From: Limnospira fusiformis SAG 85.79
GTDB taxonomy: Bacteria > Cyanobacteriota > Cyanobacteriia > Cyanobacteriales > Microcoleaceae
NCBI RefSeq assembly: GCF_012516315.1
Contig: NZ_CP051185.1
Location: 1,135,403 to 1,167,402 of the forward strand
Length of the DNA stretch: 32,000 nt
Reading direction: 5' to 3'
The notes beneath the pieces are model-generated. The model was given only the letters and a program-made list of their open reading frames with translations, had not been told where the DNA came from and did not search any database. The position numbers and the translations under genes were made by a program. Below, in pieces: positions 19,218-27,804 of the stretch (position 1 is the first letter of the stretch; every line of letters begins with the position of its first letter).

Positions 19218-19742
19218 ATGAAACTATTTGATCAAATTGTCGGTGCATTGAATAACCCAGCACTGCAAGCCAACATTAACCAAATTAATGATCTCATAAA
19301 TACGGCACAACAGCTAGGGGTTAACTTTGGTGGGTCTCCGGAAACCACCCAGGCGGTGATGTCTGTGGTGGGGGACTATGTGCGATCGGCACTCAAGGAA
19401 AAGTGCAACCAGGAAGGCAAGGAGTCAGTACAATCCTTTGTTAATCAGTATAGTGGTATCCAAGCGAATCCTGCTGTGGTACAATTGCTATTTTCTCCCC
19501 AAACGCAAAATCGACTGATTGAAGCGGTCGAACAGCGCACCGGAGTTAATGCTCAGACTATTAGAAGTTTGCTGCCCCTATTGGTTCCTGTGGTTTTGAA
19601 CTTTTTGCAAACTGGGACTAATAGCCAAGATCCACAAAAAGGCGAAAATCCGGTTTTGACGAGTTTCTTAGATAGTACCGGTGATGGAGAGGCTGATATT
19701 GCGGGTGTGCTGCGACTAGCTAGTAGCTTTTTTAAGCGCTAA
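19218..19742 (+). CDS. DUF937-like hypothetical protein
   Basis: The ORF is taken from the ATG at 19218 (the track starts at a TTG 6 nt upstream). The pattern LFDQIVGAL...SFLDSTGDGEADIAGVLRLASSFF resembles the DUF937 family from memory and was not searched. Confidence 0.6.
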   Translation: MKLFDQIVGALNNPALQANINQINDLINTAQQLGVNFGGSPETTQAVMSVVGDYVRSALKEKCNQEGKESVQSFVNQYSGIQANPAVVQLLFSPQTQNRLIEAVEQRTGVNAQTIRSLLPLLVPVVLNFLQTGTNSQDPQKGENPVLTSFLDSTGDGEADIAGVLRLASSFFKR

Positions 19743-19763
19743 TCTGATAATTGGTCTAATGAT

Positions 19764-20057
19764 ATGGTGATTGAATGGTTACGGTTTAAGGTTCCCCCAA
19801 CACTGTGGGAAGCCTTTATTCAGAAGGATGAACAGGTTTGGACAGAAGGACTGAAGCAGTTTCCGGGTTTTATTGGTAAGGAAACTTGGGTTGACCCCAA
19901 ACTCGAAGAGGTGATCCTAGTAATTCGCTGGGAAACTCGCGAACAGTGGAAGTCCATTCCCACAGAAGCCTTAGAAAAGCTAGACCTAGCCATGGGTGAT
20001 CTGAAAATGCCGATTATTGAAAGCTATGAGTATCAGGTGCGTAAGTTCCTACATTAA
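19764..20057 (+). CDS. small conserved cyanobacterial protein, ABM/dimeric alpha-beta-barrel-like (TIGR03792-like)
   Basis: 97-aa ATG ORF, 21 nt after the preceding gene. The family assignment (EWLRFKV...IRWETREQWKSI) is from recollection only. Confidence 0.55.
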   Translation: MVIEWLRFKVPPTLWEAFIQKDEQVWTEGLKQFPGFIGKETWVDPKLEEVILVIRWETREQWKSIPTEALEKLDLAMGDLKMPIIESYEYQVRKFLH

Positions 20058-20070
20058 GGATTGAGGAAGA

Positions 20071-20205
20071 TTAGCTGAATTTGTCAATGAGGGCAAACAT
20101 AAGGTTAAGGGTCAGTAAACCTACCCCAATCAGGAGTCCGATAAACGTGGCAATACTCAAAAATGGACGAATTTTGGCGAATCCCTGGTTTGGTTTTGGT
20201 TCCAT
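20071..20205 (-). CDS. candidate 44-aa single-pass membrane peptide (below the ORF-track cutoff)
   Basis: Hand translation gives MEPKPNQGFAKIRPFLSIATFIGLLIGVGLLTLNLMFALIDKFS*. AGGAG lies 12-16 nt upstream of the ATG. It has one clear TM helix, is convergent with 19764-20057 and divergent from 20320-21135. Confidence 0.45.
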   Translation of the reverse strand: MEPKPNQGFAKIRPFLSIATFIGLLIGVGLLTLNLMFALIDKFS

Positions 20206-20319
20206 AAAACGGATAACTCCTGCTAGGCAACATATCGGACAATTACGGATTAGACTGGGATTATAACATAATTGCTTGTAGCATAATCGACCTGCTCACT
20301 TTTAACCTAAATTGAAATC

Positions 20320-21135
20320 ATGGCTATGTTTTCTCCGATTTCTCACCCAAATCAATCTGTACTTAACCATAATCACAGTGCTGCCATGCCCAAACCTAAT
20401 TCGTCAGAGTCTGATCTGTTAGCCTCGTCTTTACCTCAGCGCCACTGGTTGGAGTGGGCAGAATATATTTCTTTGGCAAGTTCTGCTATTGGGTCGGTGG
20501 TGGTGGCGCTTTCGGGTCAGGCTTTCTATGGGGTTGCGCCTCTGACTGTGGCTCTCTCTCTTAATGTTGCTAACCGACATCGCCTACAACAGTCTATGGG
20601 GGAAACTCAGGCTGATGTGGTTGAGGTTCGGGAGTCGGTGGAGGTTTTGGAACAAAAGGCGGTGCGGGCAATTTTGGGGTTGCGCCAACAACTAAGGGGA
20701 GATATTGAGGCACTACAAAGCCAATTACCAGAGCCTGTAAGTGAGGATGAATTGATGAGGGTTCGTGGGTCAAAACAGGTGGCTGTGTTAACGGAGTCTG
20801 TGGCTTCGTTTCAGAGTGAAATGTCTCAGGCTTTGGATGAGATGGAACAGCAGTTTCACCAGGAAATTGCCCCTTTACAGGGTAGTGTGATTGAGTTACA
20901 AAATGCGATCGCATTATTACAAAATCAACAGGGTAAATTGACAACTCCTGTTCAGCGGCAGGCGGGTGATGTGTCTCAAATTCAGGCTGAAATAGAACGC
21001 ATATCTAATGAAAACGAGACAATTATTAAACCTCATATAAAACGTTTGCTTTTGGTAGTTAAACAAATGCAAAAAACTGAGAGTAATAATTATTTACCTC
21101 GTCCACCCAAACCCAATTCTAATAATAAGAATTAG
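20320..21135 (+). CDS. hypothetical membrane-anchored coiled-coil protein
   Basis: 271-aa ORF. The N-terminal hydrophobic region (WAEYISLASSAIGSVVVALSGQAFYGVAPLTVALSL) is followed by Q/E/L-rich heptad-like sequence. The next gene begins 8 nt downstream. Confidence 0.6.
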   Translation: MAMFSPISHPNQSVLNHNHSAAMPKPNSSESDLLASSLPQRHWLEWAEYISLASSAIGSVVVALSGQAFYGVAPLTVALSLNVANRHRLQQSMGETQADVVEVRESVEVLEQKAVRAILGLRQQLRGDIEALQSQLPEPVSEDELMRVRGSKQVAVLTESVASFQSEMSQALDEMEQQFHQEIAPLQGSVIELQNAIALLQNQQGKLTTPVQRQAGDVSQIQAEIERISNENETIIKPHIKRLLLVVKQMQKTESNNYLPRPPKPNSNNKN

Positions 21136-21143
21136 CTGGCAAT

Positions 21144-22133
21144 ATGACATTAACAATAAAGCCGAGAAAAATTCTCTTAGATACTGACCCAGGTGGGGAT
21201 GATGTGTTCGCTTTGCTATGGTTGCAAAGTTTGGTTAGCCAAGGTATGGCTGAATTGGTGGCGGTGACAACTGCAGAAGGAAATGTGGAGGCTCAACGCA
21301 CTTTTACCACGGCTAGTCAGGTTCTGGCTTGGACTGGAATGGATGGGGTGACGGTGGGTCGTGGGGTGATGGGGGTTAATTCTTTGGTGGGAAATGCTAG
21401 TCATATTCACGGGGATGATGGTATCGGGAATTTGTCGGATACTTTACCGCCGCCTACCCATAATTTTGAGGAGGCTTTGGGTTCGCCACAGGTGATTATT
21501 GACTGTTTAGAAAAATATCCAGGGGAAATTACTATAGCAGCGATCGCCCCTTTAACTAATTTAGCCGCCGCAGAACAAATACGCCCAGGTATTCTCAAGT
21601 TAGCGCGGGAAATTGTGATTATGGGGGGTTCTTTTCATTTGGGGGGAAATGTTACCCCCCATGGAGAGTTTAATATTATTTATAACCCGGAAGCGGCGGC
21701 TACTGTTTTCGCCAGTCGTCATGATTTGGTGATGATTTCCTTAGATGTTACCCAGCATTTAATTTTCACCCCAGAAATTAGCGATCGCATAGCCGCAGTT
21801 AATCCCCAAAGTGCGATCGCAGAATTTATAGTTGATTTAGTCAAGTTCATGGTAACAACCGCCTTAAAAAACCGCCGCACTCGTGGGATTCCCGGTTTTT
21901 TAGTGCATGATGCCGCTACTATCGCTTATATATTCTACCCGGAATTATTCAAGTTTTACCGGGCGAAAGTTGAGATAGAAACCCAAGGAATATCAACTCG
22001 CGGTCTCACCTGGTTTGACCGCACCCATAAACCCAAATTAGATGTTAATAGTTGGGTAATTTCCGAGGTAGATGATGATATGTTTTTTGCGATTTTAGTC
22101 GAAGACTTGAAACAATTAATAATTAATAATTAA
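21144..22133 (+). CDS. inosine/uridine-preferring nucleoside hydrolase family protein
   Basis: 329 aa with the N-terminal IUNH signature LLDTDPGGDDVFAL (DxDxxxDD) and a family-typical length. The last residues (QLIINN) are encoded by the TAATTAA-type microsatellite that follows. Confidence 0.85.
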   Translation: MTLTIKPRKILLDTDPGGDDVFALLWLQSLVSQGMAELVAVTTAEGNVEAQRTFTTASQVLAWTGMDGVTVGRGVMGVNSLVGNASHIHGDDGIGNLSDTLPPPTHNFEEALGSPQVIIDCLEKYPGEITIAAIAPLTNLAAAEQIRPGILKLAREIVIMGGSFHLGGNVTPHGEFNIIYNPEAAATVFASRHDLVMISLDVTQHLIFTPEISDRIAAVNPQSAIAEFIVDLVKFMVTTALKNRRTRGIPGFLVHDAATIAYIFYPELFKFYRAKVEIETQGISTRGLTWFDRTHKPKLDVNSWVISEVDDDMFFAILVEDLKQLIINN

Positions 22134-22473
22134 TAATTAATAATTGATAATTGATAATTGATAATTAATTACCGATTACCGATTGTCCATGGCCGATTAT
22201 CGATGGTTGAAAGGATTAATTTTCGTCGCTGAGAATTTGAGGAACTCGGAAGAAATCCCCTAACAATTAATAATTAATAATTAACAATTAATAATTAATA
22301 ATTAATAATTAATTACCGATTACCGATTGTCCATGGCCGATTATCGATGGTTGAAAGGATTAATTTTCGTCGCTGAGAATTTGAGGAACTCGGAAGAAAT
22401 CCCCTAACAATTAATAATTAATAATTAATAATTAATAATTAACAATTCATAATGGACAATTTATAATTGATAA
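22134..22473. repeat. tandem repeat, units R1 (22168-22260) and R2 (22312-22404), with (TAATTAA/TTGATAA)n spacers
   Basis: The 93-bp core ATTACCGATTACCGATTGTCCATGGCCGATTATCGATGGTTGAAAGGATTAATTTTCGTCGCTGAGAATTTGAGGAACTCGGAAGAAATCCCC is repeated at a 144-bp period. The core equals the gatC 3' end plus downstream DNA. Confidence 0.9.
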
Positions 22474-23709
22474 CTCAGTACAGGACAAAAAAGCTGAAAG
22501 TCTTAGCCAAAAGGGAATCTAGCCGAAAATTCTGAAGGGGGCGCTCCGGGCTGAGGTGAAAGTCGAGGGGTGGGGGGGTAGCGCCAAGTTGGGGTGAGAG
22601 GGTTACATCGGAATTACCACAAACCAAACTTCCCTCTCATGAACGAGCTTAACCGATTACGAGACACTTTGCGCCCTCACTTGCCCTGGCACGGGGCGAG
22701 ATTAAACTTTGTCTGCCTGTTCCTGATGGCGCTATTCCAAACAAAGACGGTTAATCTGATGGAAATAGCGACTGTATTCGCAAATCCTGTGCAAATTTCC
22801 TCAAATTACCAGCGATTACAACGTTTTTTTCGGCAATTCAAATTTGACCGGGCAGAGATTGCCCGTTTCGTCGTTAGCCTCATTGACATTCCCCAACCTT
22901 GGACTCTTAGTCTCGACCGCACCTGTTGGTCTTTCGGTCAAACCCATTTCAACATCTTGATGTTGGCAGTCGTCCACGAGGGGATTGCCTTTCCCCTGCT
23001 GTGGACGATGCTTGACAAAAAGGGCAATAGCAACAGTGGCGAACGCATGGACTTATTCGACCGCTTCGAGGCACTATTTCCTGACGTGGAGGTGGCTTGT
23101 CTGACCGCTGACCGGGAATTTGTGGGGCGAGATTGGCTCTCGTATCTTCTCATCGACCCCGAGGTTCCTTTCCGCCTACGCATCCGCCACAGCGAGCTGA
23201 TTAGTCCTAAGTTAGGAGGAACTCGGCGTAGCGGCGAACGAATGTTTGATTCTCTGCGACCCGGAGAATTTCGCCAGCTTTCGGGTCGCCGTTGGGTTTG
23301 GGGACGGCAGGTTTACGTCATTGGCTCTCGTCTGGCTGATTCGGGGGAGTTGTTGATTCTCATCACTAACGCTTGCCCCGAAACGGCCCTCCCCGACTAT
23401 GCTCGGCGTTGGGGTATTGAAAACCTCTTCGGAGCCTTGAAGACTCGGGGCTTCTGTCTCGAATCGACTCACTTTAAGGACCCTGAGCGCTTGAGCCGTT
23501 TATTGGCTTTGCTTAGCCTGGCTTTTACTTGGGCTATGAAGGTGGGTTTGTGGATTCACCAAGGTTCACCCATTCCTTTGAAGGCTCACGGACGACGCTC
23601 CCAGAGTCTTTTCCGCACTGGCTTCGATTTTCTACGCCGCACTTTCTCTAATCTGCCTTTGTTTTCAGGGCGGTTTCACCAGGCTCTACAACTTTTGTCC
23701 TGTACTTAG
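22474..23709 (+). mobile_element. IS4-family insertion sequence, copy ISB-2
   Basis: 1236 bp with the same termini as ISB-1, flanked by a perfect 9-bp direct repeat AATTGATAA (22465-22473 and 23710-23718). Confidence 0.9.
22594..23709 (+). CDS. IS4-family DDE transposase
   Basis: 371-aa ORF, identical in protein sequence to 9906-11021. Confidence 0.88.
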   Translation: MRGLHRNYHKPNFPLMNELNRLRDTLRPHLPWHGARLNFVCLFLMALFQTKTVNLMEIATVFANPVQISSNYQRLQRFFRQFKFDRAEIARFVVSLIDIPQPWTLSLDRTCWSFGQTHFNILMLAVVHEGIAFPLLWTMLDKKGNSNSGERMDLFDRFEALFPDVEVACLTADREFVGRDWLSYLLIDPEVPFRLRIRHSELISPKLGGTRRSGERMFDSLRPGEFRQLSGRRWVWGRQVYVIGSRLADSGELLILITNACPETALPDYARRWGIENLFGALKTRGFCLESTHFKDPERLSRLLALLSLAFTWAMKVGLWIHQGSPIPLKAHGRRSQSLFRTGFDFLRRTFSNLPLFSGRFHQALQLLSCT

Positions 23710-23721
23710 AATTGATAATTA

Positions 23722-24678
23722 TAGCATTAGTCAAGGTGGTTAGGACGCAGCTTTGAGAACGGAATCCATGGCATCATGGAGAGAATCAAACTGCTCAATG
23801 CAGTGGCGAATACGGGCTTTCAGCCACGACCAACATTTCTCTATCTTGTTGAGGTCTGGCGAATAAGGTGGTAGATAGAGTAAACGGCATTGAGCTGCCT
23901 CCACCAGTTCAGCAATCCGCCCCCCTTTATGAAACGTTGCATTGTCCAATACTAGAGTCTGACCTGGCTTCAATGTTGGAATTAAGATGAACTCCAACCA
24001 CAACTCAAACACTGTCCGATTACAACAACCCTCAAAGCTAAAGGGAGCTAAGAGTTGTTGATGACACCATGCGGCTATCATACTTACCCTGCCCTGCCTC
24101 TTCCCTGATTTGAGTGCATGGAAGCGTTTTCCTTCCTCGCAGTAACCATAAGGGTAATCCGAGTCCTGACTATTCATGGCGGCTTCATCGAGGTAGACCA
24201 CTTCTTGTGGCTCCATCTGTTCAATCTGAGCCATAAACTCCTCTCGCTGTTGCTTCCAACGTTCTTGGTAGCCGTAAGTTTTTTTTCTGGTGAAGCCAAT
24301 TTTCTTCAAGGCTCTGGATATGGTGCGAGGAGAGATGTCGTCATCCCAAAGTTCAGCCATTTGAGCGGAGGTTTTGTGGCCATGCTCTTGGGCAAAAGCC
24401 TTGAATTTCTGCCAGTCGGTAATTTTGTGGTTATTGCCAGGTCGGTGATGAGGTTTAGGGAGGAAGTCTCCGGTCTGTGCTTTTCTTTGCAGCCAGAGAT
24501 TAATGGTGTTCCTGCTGACATGGAAAACTTGACTGGCTTATGTTTTGGGCATACCGTCTAGTTCAATGGCATCAATAACTTTTTGTCTGAGGTCGTAACT
24601 ATAGGGGGCTGGCATTTTTGGTCTTCTTAGTCATCTCGTCCTCTCCATTATACGTCCTAAGTGTTCTGTCTTGTGCTA
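23722..24678 (-). mobile_element. IS630-family insertion sequence, copy ISA-4
   Basis: 957-bp unit flanked by TA (23720-23721 and 24679-24680). The flanks rejoin as GATAAT-TA-ATTACCGATTACCG, i.e. the repeat-unit sequence seen at about 22160-22180. Confidence 0.88.
23740..24615 (-). pseudogene. IS630-family transposase with a nonsense mutation at codon 26
   Basis: The ATG is at 24615. In-frame TAA at 24538-24540 replaces GAA (KTEAS in ISA-1 and ISA-2). The homopolymer has 8 nt, so the rest is one frame (track ORF 23740-24360). Confidence 0.8.
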
Positions 24679-24680
24679 TA

Positions 24681-24931
24681 ATTACCGATTACCGATTGTC
24701 CATGGCCGATTATCGATGGTTGAAAGGATTAATTTTCGTCGCTGAGAATTTGAGGAACTCGGAAGAAATTCCCTAACAATTAATAATTAATAATTAATAA
24801 TTAACAATTAATAATGGACAATTTATAATTTATAATTAATTACCGATTACCGATTGTCCATTGCCGATTATTGATGGTTGAAAGGATTAATTTTCGTCGC
24901 TGAGAATTTGAGGAACTCGGAAGAAATCCCC
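24681..24931. repeat. tandem repeat, units R3 (24681-24773) and R4 (24839-24931; R4 is the genuine gatC 3' end)
   Basis: Same 93-bp core as R1 and R2. R3 differs by one base; R4 differs by two (CCATTGCC, TATTGATGG). Confidence 0.9.
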
Positions 24932-25180
24932 ATCAGGTTCTGGGGCGGCGGCGAGTAAAGCGTCGCGATTTGGATAGGGTTCAAGTTGATCAGGACGGGT
25001 GATATTGCTGACATCGATCGCCCGCATAGTAGGGGCGACTTTTTCCGTATCCAGCTCCTTGAGTTGTTCAAAGTAATCCAAAATACCATTCAATTCCTTA
25101 GTAAACTTTTCCTCTTCCGAGGGCTGTAGTTGTAAGCGAGCTAAGTGAGCCACTTTGCGGACTTCTTCGCGATCAATCAT
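24887..25180 (-). CDS. gatC: Asp-tRNA(Asn)/Glu-tRNA(Gln) amidotransferase subunit C
   Basis: 97 aa. MIDREEVRKVAHLARLQL...ELNGILDYFEQL...VAPT is the typical GatC pattern. Confidence 0.92.
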   Translation of the reverse strand: MIDREEVRKVAHLARLQLQPSEEEKFTKELNGILDYFEQLKELDTEKVAPTMRAIDVSNITRPDQLEPYPNRDALLAAAPEPDGDFFRVPQILSDEN

Positions 25181-25200
25181 GCTGGTAATCCAACTCCTAT

Positions 25201-25722
25201 TTAGAAGTAAACATCAATATCACTGCGGCCTGTTGTTTTCAGCCAGTTCTGAGCTTCAATGTAGTTATTAGGAGCGAGACGAATAGCGCGTTTCCAGTAT
25301 TCTGCCGCTTCCCGATAGGCTTGTTCTGCGGCATCCTCATCTCCCGCTTCTTTGGCGCGATCGCCACGATAGTGGAAAATCACAGCAATATTATTGAGAG
25401 CCTGGGGAAGGCGGGGGTTGAGATCAATTGCTTGATGGTAATAATCTAGTGCTTGGTCATGTTCGCCGTTGCTGGTGTGAATCAAACCAATGTTATAGAG
25501 GATATAACTGCGATCGTTAGGATCTTGTTCAAGTTTGAGAGCCTCATAATAGTTTTCGAGAGCTTCTGCATATTCTCCATCAGCTTGAGCCGACATTCCA
25601 TCGCGATAGTAGGCGAAGGCTTCTTTTGCCTCCCGGCTGGTAGGTAGCATTTTCAGAAGCATATCAGCCGCGACCGTAAAAGTCTTATCAATGAAATTAT
25701 CGTTACGTTGAGTTCTGGGCAT
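25201..25722 (-). CDS. ycf3: photosystem I assembly protein Ycf3 (TPR)
   Basis: 173 aa. [15 protein letters not shown]...[25 protein letters not shown]...[12 protein letters not shown]...[21 protein letters not shown] is highly characteristic of Ycf3. Confidence 0.95.
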   Translation of the reverse strand: MPRTQRNDNFIDKTFTVAADMLLKMLPTSREAKEAFAYYRDGMSAQADGEYAEALENYYEALKLEQDPNDRSYILYNIGLIHTSNGEHDQALDYYHQAIDLNPRLPQALNNIAVIFHYRGDRAKEAGDEDAAEQAYREAAEYWKRAIRLAPNNYIEAQNWLKTTGRSDIDVYF

Positions 25723-25851
25723 ATTATAGGAGTCTCCACAGTAGGGGGGCGATCGCTTGGAGTTACCGCATCAGGGGCAAAACCAATATTAAGTTTACAC
25801 CTTCGTTAATTGCTAGAGCAATCTAACCGGGTATTCTTGTTTCTGATACAT

Positions 25852-26988
25852 TTACGCGACATTTATCCGGCTATTGCCTGACAATGCGACGATAGCACTA
25901 TTACCCGTTAAGGTAACAGAGGCGGTATCCCGCAAAGCTTTTAGAAAGATTCCAAAAGCACCGTTCCAGTCCCTGGGTAGAGTGAACCCACACTCAGGAC
26001 ATCGGAACACTTTTGAGCCACCTAGCTGGGAATGCACATGACCACAGTGAGTACAGGTTTTGCTGGTGTATTCTTCCGTCACATCTACAACTGTGGTTCC
26101 AGTTATTTCCCCTTGATGTCTCAGGGTTAGTTTGAATCGATAATGCGCCCATGTCAGCATGGCGCGGGCAGTCTTGGATTTGATTAGACGCTTCACCTTG
26201 GCAACCATGTTGGAAGTCTCGAAGGTCGGCAGAAAAATTATACTGTAGTTGTGAGTCAAGTAGTGAGCAATTTGTTTGTGGGCTTCATCAACTAGATTGC
26301 GGATTTTGGTTCTCATTCGTTGATCCGCTTGCCTCATCCGTCGCCTTCTTGAACGACAGGGTTCCTTGGCGATTCGGCTCATCAAATCATCCAAATGTTG
26401 ACATAGCCTAGTAATGCCTCCAATATCCCCGGAGCCCAATTCCAGAAATCGTGAACCATCAAACCCAGTTATGAAAGTTCGGACGCCCGGGTCTAATGCA
26501 ATTACGCTAGTAGCGTCAGTTGGGGTAACGGCAACTGGTTCAGGGAAAATCGCCAACCATCGACCTTTGGTAAACACCAACTGAGTCCCTTGCCCGCAAG
26601 TTTTAGGGATAGCTTCGGAAACCATGAAAGTTAATCCTTTCGTTAGTCTTGGATACCAACTCCCTGAAGAGAAATTAGCATTGTTAAACTTGATGGCTTG
26701 AGAACTATCCCGACAGCTCCTAAACCTGGCGCCTGGACTGGCTGAAAAGGCGAGATAGGCATCAAAGATAGCATTCTGCCGAATATGGCCGGGTGTTTCT
26801 TTGACCCATGCAGGCAAGTCGCTCTGCATCACTTTATTGCGTAACTTTAACTTGCTTAGTCGTTTACCACTCCTAGATAATGCAATTGCTTGGTTGTAGC
26901 AATACCGACAAGCAGCCAGCCATTTACGCCAGACTTGATTTAGCTCCGGGCTGGGGTAAATCCGGATCTTCTTTGACCTGAGTTTTAT
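25852..26988 (-). CDS. tnpB: TnpB (IS607/IS605 OrfB-type RNA-guided nuclease); start codon unclear
   Basis: This is the C-terminal ~379 codons of the 564-codon track ORF. The N-terminus reads KKIRIYPSPELNQVWRKW. RuvC candidates are ALDPGVRTF (D), FLPTFETSN (E) and LPRDWNGAFGI (D). The zinc finger is CTHCGH...CPECGF. There is no ATG, GTG or TTG near codon 187, and the frame stays open up to TTG 27546. Confidence 0.75.
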   Translation of the reverse strand: MKLRSKKIRIYPSPELNQVWRKWLAACRYCYNQAIALSRSGKRLSKLKLRNKVMQSDLPAWVKETPGHIRQNAIFDAYLAFSASPGARFRSCRDSSQAIKFNNANFSSGSWYPRLTKGLTFMVSEAIPKTCGQGTQLVFTKGRWLAIFPEPVAVTPTDATSVIALDPGVRTFITGFDGSRFLELGSGDIGGITRLCQHLDDLMSRIAKEPCRSRRRRMRQADQRMRTKIRNLVDEAHKQIAHYLTHNYSIIFLPTFETSNMVAKVKRLIKSKTARAMLTWAHYRFKLTLRHQGEITGTTVVDVTEEYTSKTCTHCGHVHSQLGGSKVFRCPECGFTLPRDWNGAFGIFLKALRDTASVTLTGNSAIVALSGNSRINVA

Positions 26989-27532
26989 ATTTACGCAGTC
27001 CGTATAATCGGGAACTGAAGCAGTGGAGGATGGCGAGGATGTCCTCAACCATTTCTCGTTCTGGACTGAGACTTGTCTGGTTGAGAACCATGAGTGAGCA
27101 CCTGTTTTGCTCACAGAGCCATCGAAACAAGTCAAATCCAAACCTTGCCAATCGGTCTTGGTGGGCAATGACAACCATGCGGACATCTCCTGACAAATGA
27201 TGTCCCAGTCAGGCCAGCATTTTCTTTCCCTTGAAGTTGAGCCCGCCTCCGATTTCTGAGACGACTTCTGCTTCGGGGTAGAGGTTGGACAGTGCGGCCA
27301 CCTGTCGGTTGAGGTCGGACTGCTGGGCGCGGCTACTAACTCTGGCATAGATAACGACTTTGCGTTTGTCACTGCCTGATTTGGCAGCAGTATATCACTC
27401 AACGTTGTATCGTCGTTGCCCAGCGGGGGTTCTGATGGTCTCGATTGAGCCATTGTCGTCCCATCTGCGGAGTGTTCTTTCATGGACTCCAAGGATTTGG
27501 GCGGCTTCCTTGGGTTTGACATATCTGGCAAT
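26924..27532 (-). pseudogene. tnpA: IS607-type serine recombinase TnpA (MerR-like HTH plus resolvase domain), decayed
   Basis: The frame reads ...IARYVKPKEAAQILGVHERTLRRWDDNGSIETIRTPAGQRRYNVE*YTAAKSGSDKRKVVIYARVSSRAQQSDL...KKMLA*LGHHLSGDVRMVVIAHQDRLARFGFDL.... In-frame TGA codons are at 27395-27397 and 27209-27211. No canonical start codon is present. Track ORF 26924-27196 is its tail. Confidence 0.7.
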
Positions 27533-27804
27533 AGGTTTATCCTCAACTCTTCTCGCTTATTATACCCTATTGCCCTAAAATATTAACCTAATTTGAGATT
27601 AAATCATGCTCTTTACTGTAGCAATGATTGCCTTGCGATGCAGCCTACACCCATTCGCTTCCAGATCCTTGAGTTACTGGCCCAAATTCATCTTGTCTGC
27701 GGGGTGGCGGGAACCGTTTTATATTCCCAAGGTATGGCGGTGGGGGTTTAATCCGGTTCCCAGAAACTGAATTTACGATAACAGGGAGAAAATCGCCAAA
27801 ATCC

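Larger units (their letters stand above)
25770..27600 (-). mobile_element. IS607-like element (tnpA remnant plus tnpB); ends not determinable by eye
   Basis: tnpA and tnpB overlap in the organisation typical of IS607. This family lacks inverted repeats, so the boundaries are approximate. A HIP1 site at about 25749 suggests host DNA resumes below about 25760. Confidence 0.5.

Noticed and set aside
20081-20266. The 61-aa plus-strand ORF (TTG start)
   Set aside because: It has a basic, non-protein-like translation and no RBS. The opposite strand carries a better-supported 44-codon membrane peptide ORF with an AGGAG box.
20594-21598. Minus-strand ORFs 20594-20944, 21216-21410 and 21407-21598
   Set aside because: They are embedded antisense in the coiled-coil protein and nucleoside hydrolase genes. 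Their translations are proline/histidine-rich and low in complexity.
22189-22263. A 24-codon plus-strand ORF in repeat units R1-R3 (MADYRWLKGLIFVAENLRNSEEIP*). The single R3 difference is synonymous in this frame, and the ORF is absent from R4.
   Set aside because: It has no ribosome-binding site, is very short, and lies antisense to duplicated coding sequence. One synonymous difference is not evidence of selection. It is recorded only in case transcript data say otherwise.
22134-24931. Possible CRISPR array, because of regularly spaced repeats
   Set aside because: The repeat core is 93 bp and derives from the gatC 3' end. The spacers are low-complexity TAATTAA/TTGATAA microsatellite rather than unique 30-40-bp sequences, and no cas genes are present.
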